The notes under the pieces: model-generated | What the model was told of the DNA's origin: nothing | Seen by the model: only the letters and a program-made list of their open reading frames with translations | Databases searched by the model: none | From: an uncultured delta proteobacterium | GTDB lineage: Bacteria > Myxococcota_A > UBA9160 > UBA4427 | DNA: 64,000 nucleotides | Assembly (NCBI GenBank): GCA_963822965.1 | Contig: CAWGJT010000006.1 | Coordinates: 640,001-704,000, forward strand | Reading direction: 5' to 3' | Part shown: positions 48,479 to 58,061 of the stretch, piece by piece | Layout of the letters: every line of letters begins with the position of its first letter | Numbering within the stretch: the first letter of the stretch is position 1 | Translations under genes and position numbers: made by a program

Positions 48479-49630
48479 TCAGAGCATCGAGGTGTCGGTC
48501 TCGACGCCGAGAAAGAGGCGTCCGGTCAGCTCGAAGGTCGCGGGCGACACCATCATGTGCTGCGTGGCCACGTGAACGTCGCGGAAGATCCGCTGCAGGG
48601 GCGAGCGCCGGTACACGGAGGTCCCCCCGGCCAGGTGATACATCAGGTCGACTACCCGCGCGCACTCGCGAACGGCATGGGTCGTGGCGAGGCGCAGGTC
48701 GCGGCGCTGCTCCACCGGGATGCGTCCCTCGCCCACCGCGTGCTCGTAGGCGCACTGGATCGTCTCGTAGAACCAGCCGCGGCTCGAACGCAGCATCGCC
48801 TCGGCGTTCGCCACGTCCGACCAGGTGGCCGGACGCTGCGCGAGGGTGCGGCTGCTGCCGGACGGGGTCTTGGCGTCGGCCAGCGCGATCAGCTCGTCGA
48901 TGGCGGCGCGTGCGAGCCCCAGGGTCACCGCGGCGATGCCCATGGCGAGCAAGCCGAACTGGGGGAACGCGTAGAGCGGCGCCGCCAGCGGACGCCCACC
49001 CGCGAGCCCCACGGCCCGGCTCTCGGGAACGAAGAGGTCGTTCATCGCGAAGTCCGTGCTGCCCGTCCCGCACAGCCCGGAGACCTGCCACGTGTCGAAG
49101 AACTCGATCTCCCGGGCGGGAGCGAGCATCATGCGCGACCGCGGGGCTCCGTTCGGCATGGTCTCGGCGACGCCGTCGCGCACCACCTGGCAGCCGCCCA
49201 TCACCCAGTCGGCGTTCTGGGTGCCCGAGCCCCACTGCCAGCGGCCCTTCACCCGAAAGCCCCCATCCACGGCCTCGGCCCGGCCCCGGGGCGCGAAGAC
49301 GCCCGCCAGCATCACGTCGGGCCGGTGGAAGATCTCCCGGGCCGACTCGGGCGGCAGGTAGGCGAGCACGCTGCCCGAGGTCGCGCCGATGAAGACCACC
49401 CAGGCCGCCGAGCCGTCCGCACGAGCCAGGGCCTCCACGGTTCCCATGGATTCCGCGGGCGCGAGCTCGAGCCCACCGTAGGCGGCCGGCACGCACATGC
49501 GGTAGAAGCCGGCCTCGGCGAACCGCCGCGACCATTCTGCGGGCAGCCGCCGCGCCGCTTCGATCTCGTCGGCAGCGGCGCGCAGCTCCGCCGCCATGAC
49601 CTCCGCCGTCGCAATGGAATCGACACCCAC
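48479..49630 (-). CDS. Acyl-CoA dehydrogenase-fold flavin-dependent monooxygenase (HsaA-like)
   Basis: GRWQWGSG, WQVSGLCGTGS, AGGTSVY...LQRIFRDVHVATQH. Confidence 0.88.
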   Translation of the reverse strand: MGVDSIATAEVMAAELRAAADEIEAARRLPAEWSRRFAEAGFYRMCVPAAYGGLELAPAESMGTVEALARADGSAAWVVFIGATSGSVLAYLPPESAREIFHRPDVMLAGVFAPRGRAEAVDGGFRVKGRWQWGSGTQNADWVMGGCQVVRDGVAETMPNGAPRSRMMLAPAREIEFFDTWQVSGLCGTGSTDFAMNDLFVPESRAVGLAGGRPLAAPLYAFPQFGLLAMGIAAVTLGLARAAIDELIALADAKTPSGSSRTLAQRPATWSDVANAEAMLRSSRGWFYETIQCAYEHAVGEGRIPVEQRRDLRLATTHAVRECARVVDLMYHLAGGTSVYRRSPLQRIFRDVHVATQHMMVSPATFELTGRLFLGVETDTSML

Positions 49631-49926
49631 GGCTCGTCCGCTCCTCCCTGGCATCCTGAGGCGGAGGTTCGCCGGCATTCGGCCGCCCGCGCGACCCGCC
49701 GCCTGCGTTCCGCTCCCGTCACCCTAGCTCGACCATGCCTCGCTCGCGCACCTCGTCGGCCGGCCGCACGGCCGGCCTCGGTGCGAACCAGACGAGCCGC
49801 CACCGAGAGGATCCGACGCAGAACCCCTGCCTCAGGACACTAGACCATATGGAGTGACCGGCTCCATTCGCCAACATCGTGTTCATCAGAGCACGGGGCC
49901 GAGTCAGGCCCATTTTTTGCCTCTCC

Positions 49927-50625
49927 TCACGTTTCTGTGGGTGATGCGGCGTCCCGATCGCCGAAGGCCACGTCCCGGCCGCGCTTCGCGAGCTGCACGA
50001 TCCTCTGGAGGACGGTCTTCGCTTCGGCGGCCCAGTCCGAAGGAAGAGGTGGGGCCTTCGCGAGAAAGCGCGACTCGGTCGCCTCGCGGGAGCGAGCAAC
50101 GAACCACTGCGCGAAGCCACGCGGGTTCGAGTCCCGCCACAGGGTCGGCGTGTCGCGGTCGGGGATCTCGATACTTCCAGGAATCACGACGCGGACGGCC
50201 GTCCTGCTCCCCAGAACATCGGCGTGGAAGCCGTCTTCATAGAGGATTCGGACGCAGCGGCGCTTGCGCTCGAGCATCTTCGCGTACGTGCGGTGCTGCT
50301 GGAGCCGCTCGACCACGAGGTCGTAGAGCTCCATGGGCGTGCCGGCGAAGAAGGCAACCTCGATCACGAAGTCGAGATCGAATTCCGCCCAAAGCAGCGG
50401 ACGCACGGTGGTGCCGATCGCGGCCGACCCCTGCGGGTAGACGAGAATCGGCCCGTAGGCCGCGAGGGGGCAGTCGGGGTGCTCGAGCCAGGCCGCGAGA
50501 GCCCGGTACGCCGACTCCATGCGGGCGACGTGGGTGTCGGTGAGCTGGAGCGCCACGACGATCTGGGTCAGGAGGAAGTCGAGGGCGCCCACACGGGTCG
50601 ACAGGCGACGAGTCTGCAGATTCAT
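49927..50625 (-). pseudogene. CBASS-type cGAS/DncV-like nucleotidyltransferase (CD-NTase/SMODS), C-terminally truncated
   Basis: YPQGSAAIGTTVRP...EFDLDFV, KRRCVRILY...FHADV, IPDR...W..SNPRGFAQWF, LQRIVQLAKR.RD, then an abrupt end. Confidence 0.75.
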
Positions 50626-50771
50626 GTCCAACCTATTGGAAATATTGGAGCTTTCTGCCACCCTCCCCCACGTTGTGGGGGCCAGCCATGACGCCGACAC
50701 AGATAGTGGGTGATGGTGCTGTTCTCGGCCTCTTACGAGTACGACCAGCGCAATCGGATCCGCTCCTGGAC

Positions 50772-51886
50772 ACCGGCCGACCCGGGCGGCATCGAGCTCG
50801 ACGCTCCCGTGGAAGCGCCTTGCCCTGGGTGGCTCGGAAGCTTCGCCGGGTCCCGTCGGCACGTCCGGGCCGACGCCTGTCGCGACGGGCTCTGGGCCGG
50901 CTGCCCCCGCTGGCTTGGCGCCAGGCATCTCCTCATCCAGCTGCAGTCGCGCTGCGGCAGGATGGACCAGCAGGCCGGAGGCTCCCTCACCTTCGAGGGC
51001 GATGTTCTGACCGGAGCGTAGACCCCGGTAGCGGGCCTCCGACTCGTCGTAGCTGTCTGCGCACGCGAAAGCGTCCTGCTCCCAGGTCAGCAGACTCACG
51101 CCGTCGCTCACCGCGCGCGAAGGAACGGACGGGCCCGTCAGCCGCGGCAGGTAGAGGTAACGCGCGAAGTCCTCCGTGAGCTGCGAGACGGGGACGTGGT
51201 CTCCGTCGCCGCGCCACAGAGGGACCTTGTCGAGCTCCATCCGCAGCACGGTGCCGGCGAGCACCGTCAGCAGACGCCCGTCGTTCTTGAGCTTCCTGGA
51301 GGTTCGCACCGCCAGCGGCTCCTGCCCGGAAAGACGGGAGGCCTGCCACTCGAGGCTCTTCTTCGGCGACTCCTGCACAGGAACCAGCAACCATTGATAG
51401 GTCTCGGGCACGCGGCCTTTGACGGCGCCGTCCGCGGAGCCCTTCTGGGTCTCGGCCTGCTTCACCTGGTGCGGCGAGAGGTCGAGCTCGTTCTTCTCCA
51501 GGAGAATCGACTCCCAGGCCAGGAATCGGCGGATGGCCTCATCGAGATCCTGTAGACGCGTCTGATCCACCGCGAGGAACACGAGCGAGTTCTGGAAGAT
51601 CCGAGGCGCGCTACCGCGGGATGCGAGGATCGCCTTTGCAGCCGCCTCCGCGGCGCAGCCCGGCTGCTTCGAGTAGGGATGCTCCGGGCCGAGGACGACG
51701 AGGCGCGCGTCCATGTCGTCCGGTACGTCCTGCCCTGAGTGCGGCAGCGCATGGACCCTCCGGAAATCTCCCATCTCCCGCAGGTCGGCGCGCAGTCGCT
51801 TCTCGAGCTCAGCCGCCAAAGCATCGGGATCTCGCTGGTACTGATCGGCACGATCCTCCGCCAGCTTCGTGACCGTGGGCTGCGTC
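50772..51886 (-). pseudogene. C-terminal fragment of a DUF499-family AAA+ ATPase
   Basis: STQPTVTKLAEDRA...VPDDMDARLVVL...FARYLYLPRL...RRFHGSVELDAARVGR; no Walker motifs; both ends truncated. Confidence 0.7.
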
Positions 51887-51970
51887 GAGCATAGGGCGGA
51901 TGAGCCGGGTTTCCGCCTCAGGTCCGGGTAGGGACGTTATGTCAATCCCCCAGAGGGGCCCGGCGGCGGG
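51887..51970. repeat. 84-bp direct repeat, copy 1 (contains dif-like site)
   Basis: Identical to 60275-60358. Confidence 0.95.
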
Positions 51971-52292
51971 GACTGACTGCTGCGTCACTGCCATGTGTCG
52001 GAGCATAACTCCGAATCGCCTTCTTGGAAGGATCGAAGTCCGATAGCCACCTCCGAGCCAGCGTGCTCCGGGGCGCTTCCAATCTGGGCCGCGATTACCG
52101 GGGCCGCCGGGATCCAGGGACCCCTGGCCGTAGCAACCAGGAGACGCGCCGGTCGAGCCCCACGATGTGATCCGAGATCGCGCAGGCACGGGGAGTCCGA
52201 GGTAGGCTCGCGCCCATGTGCATGCTGTGGGCCCGAGCAGGCCCACGTGCAGGGAGGTCGGATTCCGATGTTTCCAACCGCGGAGCCGGAGG

Positions 52293-52545
52293 CTACTGGC
52301 TGGCGTACTCGGAGCGTCGCGGTAGCGCAGCCAGCGTGATCAGCGCCGCCACGGCGAGCAACGCGCCGCCGGGCTCGGGGAGCGCGATCGTGGCACCCGG
52401 GTCGCGCTCGAAGTCGACGTCGAGTGCGTCGCCCGACTCGAGCGTCCCGGTGAGCGCCCCGCTCGTCGCAGCGATCGGCCCCTCGCCGGCGGGCACGCCG
52501 TCCACCGCGAAGCCCGATCCGAGGACCGTGACAATTGCGGCGTCG
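52293..52545 (-). pseudogene. C-terminal remnant of a PEP-CTERM-type surface protein
   Basis: ...ATIALPEPGGALLAVAALITLAALPRR: PEP motif, TM helix, basic tail; no credible N-terminus. Confidence 0.55.
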
Positions 52546-52800
52546 CGGCGCGCTGCAACCCGGTGAACGCGCCGGCGATCTGTCGCTCGCCGGAAATCGA
52601 GTGAGGACCGAGCGGTAGCTCCCCCCGAGTCGACAGGGGACCGAGGAGCGAGGCATCCAGACGCAACCGGTGGCAACCCGCCTCATGAACTGCGGAGATC
52701 GATTCGCCTAGCAGCTCTCTCGCGCCCCGCGGCACACCCTGGCCCTGGCACGCCCCCTGCAGCACCTGGAAGCAGGCGAGCTGTCAGGAGGCGGGTTTCG

Positions 52801-54138
52801 ATGTAATGGCAGCGCTCGTTCGCGCTCTCGTGGGTCCTCGCGGTCCTTCTCTTGTTCTACCTCTCCGCTCACGCGCCCGAGGCAATGGCGCAGTGTGCCT
52901 CCTGCGCGTCGGCGGCATGCACCTCGGAGCTGGCAGCCTGCTTGCCGGACCCGACCTGCACGAGCTTCGCCCAGTGCTGGACGGGTACCTGCGACGACGG
53001 CGACGCAGACTGCATCGATGCCTGCGCGGCCTCCTACCCGGGAGCCCTCACAGACGCCGTGCTCGCCTGCCTCGAGACGGAGTGCAGCAACGAGTGCTAT
53101 CCGACCCCGCCCGTCGCGACGGCCTTCCGGAACGTCCTGCAGATCACCAGGAACAACGCACAGGACATTGCCCCCGCGATCTCTGGCTGGAACGTCGCAT
53201 GGGAGCAGCAAGTCGTCAGCGACGACTTGGAGATCTACCTCTGGAACGGAGCCGAGATCACGCAGCTGACCGACAACGACGTTCTCGATGAAGACCCCGA
53301 CATCGACGGATCGAAGGTCGTCTGGGCGCAGTGGGATGGCAGCGATCGCGAGATCATGCTGTGGGACGGCGTCACCATCACGCAAGTCACGGACAACACC
53401 ATCGAGGACTTCGAACCGGTGATCTCCGGCTCGAACGTGGCGTGGTATGCCTACGACGGAAGTGACCACGAGATCTATTTCTGGGACGGCGCGACGACGA
53501 CGCAAGTGACCGACAACGCGACACAGGATCGCGGGCCAGCCATCTTCGGCTCGACCGTCGTGTGGCTGAGCACGGACGGACTTGGAGCCGAAAGCGTCCA
53601 GCGCTGGGACGGCAGCCAGATTTCGGCCGTCACGACCGAGGCGGGCTTGTACCAATCCCCGAAGGTCTCCGACGCGGGCGTCGTGTGGACCGGATGCACC
53701 AAGGGCGGCGGCTCCGCCTGCACGGCCGGGGACTTCGAGATCTACTTCTGGAACGGTGTGGGCACGACCCGGATTACCGACAACAGCTTCGACGACCTGG
53801 ACCCAGCGATCGACGGCAACACGATCGTGTGTCGCGGCCCGCTGGAGATCTATGTCTGGGGTGGCTCCGTGGTCACCCAGATCACGAATACGAACATCCC
53901 CGCCAAGGGCGCGCCGGACATCTCAGGCCCGCGGGTCGTGTGGTCGGAGCCCACGCTCGGAGATTTCGAGATCTTCCTGACGCCTGGACCGGGCACGACC
54001 CCTGCTCTCTCGTTGCCGGGAACCCTCCTGGCCGGAGGGCTCGTCGGCCTCACGGGCTGGCTCGGCGCGCGCCGAACGCGTGCGCGAGGCTACGGGCGGC
54101 CGGAACGCAGAGAGGCGAAAGGCCAGCGAGTCGCGTAG
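52801..54138 (+). pseudogene. Secreted Cys-rich, beta-propeller-like repeat protein with IPTL-CTERM-like tail; TAA at codon 2
   Basis: AGGAGG 52786-52791, ATG 52801, TAA 52804, then an in-frame signal peptide; repeats TQ.TDN...D..P.I.G..V.W...DG.D.EI..W.G; tail TPALSLPG-TM-RR. Confidence 0.7.
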
Positions 54139-54147
54139 CCTGGGTTC

Positions 54148-54885
54148 GTGACGAGAACGGACCGCTTTTCGAGGCTGAGGGCCTCAGGCGCGTGGGCTGC
54201 CCTGGCCGCACTGACGCTCGCCCTCGCCGCCTGCGGCGATGACGGCGCGGCTCACACGCCGTCGTCCCATCACAGCGACCACATGCACCACGACTTCTCC
54301 GGCGCCGAGAAGTGGGCGGCCCGCTTCGACGACCCGGCCCGGGACGCCTGGCAGAAGCCGGATGCGGTGATCGAGCGGCTCTCGCTCGAGCCCGACATGA
54401 GCGTGGCGGACATCGGGTCCGGCACCGGCTACTTCTCGGTGCGGCTCGCCCGGGCGCTGCCGGATGGCCGGGTCTACGGGATCGACACCGAGCCCGACAT
54501 GGTCCGCTACCTGAAGGAACGGGCGGTGCGCGAAGGCCTGGCCTCGAACCTGTCGAGCCAGCTCGGCCAGGCCGACGACCCGCAGCTGCCCGAGGCCGTC
54601 GATCTCGTGCTCGTCGTGGACACGTACCACCACCTGAGCGATCGCACCGCCTACTTCCGCCGGCTCGCGAACCACCTGAACGAGGGCGGACGCGTGGCGA
54701 TCGTGGACTTCAAGCCCGGCGACTTGCCCGTCGGCCCGCCGCCCGCGGCGAAGATCGAGGCGGATACGATCATCGAGGAGTTGGAGGCCGCGGGCTATCG
54801 CCTGAAGGTCGACGATAGAGAGCTGCTCCCATACCAGGACCTCCTCGTCTTCGAACGCCCCGTCCTGCGCCACTTCGACGGCTGA
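54148..54885 (+). CDS. Class I SAM-dependent methyltransferase, putative lipoprotein
   Basis: Lipobox LAAC; RDAWQKP, VADIGSGTGYF, VDTYHH. Confidence 0.88.
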   Translation: MTRTDRFSRLRASGAWAALAALTLALAACGDDGAAHTPSSHHSDHMHHDFSGAEKWAARFDDPARDAWQKPDAVIERLSLEPDMSVADIGSGTGYFSVRLARALPDGRVYGIDTEPDMVRYLKERAVREGLASNLSSQLGQADDPQLPEAVDLVLVVDTYHHLSDRTAYFRRLANHLNEGGRVAIVDFKPGDLPVGPPPAAKIEADTIIEELEAAGYRLKVDDRELLPYQDLLVFERPVLRHFDG

Positions 54886-55016
54886 AGGCTCCTTCGACCG
54901 CGGAAGGCTCTTCGCGTCGACCGCTGAGGGCTCTTCGACCGCTGAAGGCTCTTCTCGACCGCTGAAGGCTCCTTCCACCGCTGAAAGGCTCCTTCGAAAA
55001 CGCTGAAGGCTCTTCG
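54874..55016. repeat. Degenerate tandem array, about 7 copies of an 18-20-bp unit
   Basis: Consensus TTCGACCGCTGAAGGCTC(C); first copy spans the methyltransferase stop codon. Confidence 0.85.
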
Positions 55017-55090
55017 CGCGGGATCGTGTGCCCCGGATCCGCGGCCCGGGTACCCTCCCCTCCCAGGCCGCAGCTCGGCCTGCCCCGCGG

Positions 55091-56020
55091 ATGGAACCTC
55101 GAGGGGATGTCGAGGGGATCGATGCAGATGAGACGCTCTCCGGTGTCGTCGTGAGCGAGACCGACCGGTCGCTCCAGGTCGATCTCGCGGACAGCTCCAT
55201 CCGGATGACGGTCCGCATGCCGGGGCGTCGCCTGCGTCCGCACATCCCGGCACTCGAGTGCTACGACGAGGACGCCCGCCGCCCCCACGTGCGAACGCAC
55301 TCCGCGATGCCCCGCGTGGCGATGCTGATCGATCTCGGGGAGCCGCTGGCCGTCCGGGCGGCCACCGGGCACGGCGACTGGGTGCGTGCACCCGGTGGCT
55401 TCGTGGCCGGGCTCTCCGACGCTCCCGCCGCGACCCGTCACTGCGGCACGCACCGTGGCATCCAGGTGGACCTCTCCCCCCTCGCCGCGCGACGGCTCTT
55501 CGGGGTTCCGCTCTCGCAGCTGCGGGGACGGGTGGTGCCCCTGACCGATCTGCTCCCGCGTTCGTTCCGCCGTCTCTGCGCGCAGCTGGGCGAGGCACCG
55601 GACGGGCAGACGCGGCTCGATCGGCTCGAGCGCTTCCTGAGCGACGCGCTCGCGGCAGACGGACCGCAGAGCCAGCGCGTCGCCGGTGCCGTGGCGCGCA
55701 TCGAGGCCTGCGGCGGCCGGCTCGACGTCGGCGGTCTCGCCCCGTGGCTCGGCATCAGCCAGAAGCACCTGATCGCGCTGTTCCACGACCACGTCGGGGT
55801 ACCACCCAAGCTCTTCGCCCGGCTGGTGCGCCACGAACGCGCGCTCACCGCGGCACGCTCCCATCCCGAGCGGAGCTGGGCCGAGATCGCGCTGGACGCT
55901 GGCTTCTGCGACCAGTCGCACCTGACCCGCGAGGTGCGCGGCTTCACGGGGAGCACGCCGACCGCCCTGCGAGCGGACGAAGCGGCTCCCCCGGGAAGGC
56001 AGGAAGAGGCAGGCCGGTAA
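55091..56020 (+). CDS. AraC family transcriptional regulator
   Basis: GISQKHL...F..HVGVPPK...WAEIALDAGFCDQSHLTREVRGFTGSTP. Confidence 0.88.
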   Translation: MEPRGDVEGIDADETLSGVVVSETDRSLQVDLADSSIRMTVRMPGRRLRPHIPALECYDEDARRPHVRTHSAMPRVAMLIDLGEPLAVRAATGHGDWVRAPGGFVAGLSDAPAATRHCGTHRGIQVDLSPLAARRLFGVPLSQLRGRVVPLTDLLPRSFRRLCAQLGEAPDGQTRLDRLERFLSDALAADGPQSQRVAGAVARIEACGGRLDVGGLAPWLGISQKHLIALFHDHVGVPPKLFARLVRHERALTAARSHPERSWAEIALDAGFCDQSHLTREVRGFTGSTPTALRADEAAPPGRQEEAGR

Positions 56021-56065
56021 ATTCCGTCCAAGCAAGCGCGGTACCCGTCGAACTATTCTCGGGGC

Positions 56066-56554
56066 ATGGATCGGCCCTTCGACTCTCGCGGCATGGATCG
56101 GCCTTTCGACTCTCGCGGCATGGATCGGCCCTTCGACCTCGGCTCTACCTTCGTCCGGCTCGGGCAGGAGGGCACGGCCGAGCTCGTCGCCCTCACCCCG
56201 GAGTTCTGGGGCGCCAGCTGCTCGAGCGGACCCGCGGATCGCTTCGTCGGCATCGTCGCCTTCGGTTCGTCCGACGACCTCCACGCCGACTCGCTCGAGC
56301 GGCATCCCGCCGCGGACGAGCTGCTGCTGGTGCTCGAAGGCGCGATCGCGCTCGTCATCGAGACGCCCGACCACCCGCGCCGGGTCGAGCTCGCAGAGGG
56401 CGAGGCCTGCCGGGTGCCTCGTGGCCTCTGGCATCGTCTCGAAGTCATTCGCCCGGGGCGACTGCTGTTCGTGAACAGTCGCTACCGGATGGAGAGCCGC
56501 CCGCTCCGGAAGAAGGGAGGCGGGCACCCCGACGACGACGAGGAGCACGCATGA
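56066..56554 (+). CDS. Cupin domain protein (start region triplicated)
   Basis: ERHPAADELLLVLEG...VPRGLWH; MDRPFDSRG x2 followed by MDRPFD. Confidence 0.8.
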   Translation: MDRPFDSRGMDRPFDSRGMDRPFDLGSTFVRLGQEGTAELVALTPEFWGASCSSGPADRFVGIVAFGSSDDLHADSLERHPAADELLLVLEGAIALVIETPDHPRRVELAEGEACRVPRGLWHRLEVIRPGRLLFVNSRYRMESRPLRKKGGGHPDDDEEHA

Positions 56555-56991
56555 GCCGAGTGGACGTGACGGGCCGTTGCCTGTGTGGCGCGGTCACCCT
56601 GCACGCGAACGTGGACGAGAAGGTGGGCGCGTGCCACTGCGACCTGTGCCGGGGCTGGGGCGGCGGCCCGCTCTTCGCACTCGATGGCGGCAGCCAGCTG
56701 CAGATCGAGGGGGAGGAGCACGTCGCCTGCTACGCGAGCAGCGAGCGCGCGGAGCGGGGCTTCTGCGCCCGCTGTGGCAGCCACCTCTTCATCCGGGTTC
56801 GCGGCTCGGGACGCCTCGTCCTGCCCGCCGGCCTCTTCCCGCTCGATGCGGAGCTTCGCTTCGACCACCAGATCTTCATCGACAAGAAACCCGGGTTCTA
56901 CACGTTCGCCGACGAGACGAAGTGCATCACGGGCGACGAGCTCTTCGCCCAGGCCGCGCAGGGACGGACCGCGGGCAACCTCGAAACCTGA
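56551..56991 (+). CDS. GFA (glutathione-dependent formaldehyde-activating / CENP-V) family protein
   Basis: GRCLCGAV, CHCDLCR, RGFCARCGSHLF. Confidence 0.92.
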   Translation: MSRVDVTGRCLCGAVTLHANVDEKVGACHCDLCRGWGGGPLFALDGGSQLQIEGEEHVACYASSERAERGFCARCGSHLFIRVRGSGRLVLPAGLFPLDAELRFDHQIFIDKKPGFYTFADETKCITGDELFAQAAQGRTAGNLET

Positions 56992-57041
56992 TCGAAGGCC
57001 TGATCCGGTCGACCGGCGGCCCCCGAACGGCCGGACTGCGA

Positions 57042-57923
57042 CTAGAAGACCTCCCCCGCCGCCCGCCTCCGCATCATGTCCTCGATGTCCACTGACATCG
57101 GGGCTCCGCGCGCCAGCACCTTCTCCACGCGGTCTCGCACGAGCGGGTCCCAGGCGGGGTGCGGCAGGATGTAGAAGCGCTCCTCCTGGATCGACTGCAG
57201 GACGATCTCGGCGATCTCCGCGGGCGGCTTGCCCTGCTGGATCATGGCGGCGCCGATCGCCCGCATCGTCTCGTCCGGGGCTTCCTTGCCCTTCGCCTCG
57301 AGCTCCTTCGGGCGGTTGCGCTCGGCGTCGAAGATGCGGGTGTTCACGAAGCCCGGGCACAGCACGGACGCGCCGATGGCGGCGCCGCGGTCCTTCAGGT
57401 TGCGGTAGAGGCCTTCGCTCAGCGACAGCACGCCGTGCTTGCTGACGCTGTACGGTCCGCCGCCGGGGAGCAGGCCCGCCAGGGAGGCGGTGTTCACGAT
57501 GTGCCCTTCTTCGCCGTGGGCGAGCATGCCGGGCACGAAGGCCTGCAGGCCGTAGAGGACGCCAAAGAAGTTGACGCCGAGCACCCAGTCCCAGTCCTCG
57601 TCGTCGATCTCCCACACACCGCGGCCGCCCTCGCCCAGGCTCGCCACGCCGGCGTTGTTGACGAGGATGTGGACGTTGCCGAACGCATCGACGGCGCGAC
57701 GGGCCAGCTCGCCCACGGATTCGCGGCTGCGGGTGTCGACGCCGACGCCTCGCACCGAGTGGCCCTGCCCCTCCAGCTCGGCGACGGCGCTGGCGAGCGC
57801 CTTCTCCTCGACGTCGGCCAGCACCACGTTCATGCCCGCGCTCGCAAAGAGATCGGCGAGTGCGCGGCCGATGCCGCTGGCGGCGCCCGTGACGACCGCG
57901 GTCCTGCCTTCGAAATCGCGCAT
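57042..57923 (-). CDS. SDR family oxidoreductase
   Basis: TGAASGIG, NNAGV, NTAS, YSVSK. Confidence 0.92.
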   Translation of the reverse strand: MRDFEGRTAVVTGAASGIGRALADLFASAGMNVVLADVEEKALASAVAELEGQGHSVRGVGVDTRSRESVGELARRAVDAFGNVHILVNNAGVASLGEGGRGVWEIDDEDWDWVLGVNFFGVLYGLQAFVPGMLAHGEEGHIVNTASLAGLLPGGGPYSVSKHGVLSLSEGLYRNLKDRGAAIGASVLCPGFVNTRIFDAERNRPKELEAKGKEAPDETMRAIGAAMIQQGKPPAEIAEIVLQSIQEERFYILPHPAWDPLVRDRVEKVLARGAPMSVDIEDMMRRRAAGEVF

Positions 57924-58061
57924 GCTGGCTCTCCTGGGGCCCGGCTGGGACCGCCGGGGTCGGGCTGAGAATGTGAGCGGGGAAGGATACCCTCCTAGCG
58001 ACACCCGCTCTGCCTCTTTTTCAGCCCACGGCCAAGCGCCACCCTGCCCCGGAGATCCCCT

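Noticed and set aside
51887..51970. 84-bp repeat as a tRNA, tmRNA or RNase P fragment (att site)
   Set aside because: No T-loop (GTTCGA), no CCA end and no convincing RNase P consensus beyond a short AACCCGGCT similarity.
54874..55016. Possible CRISPR array
   Set aside because: Units abut without unique spacers, are too short and degenerate, and there are no cas genes.
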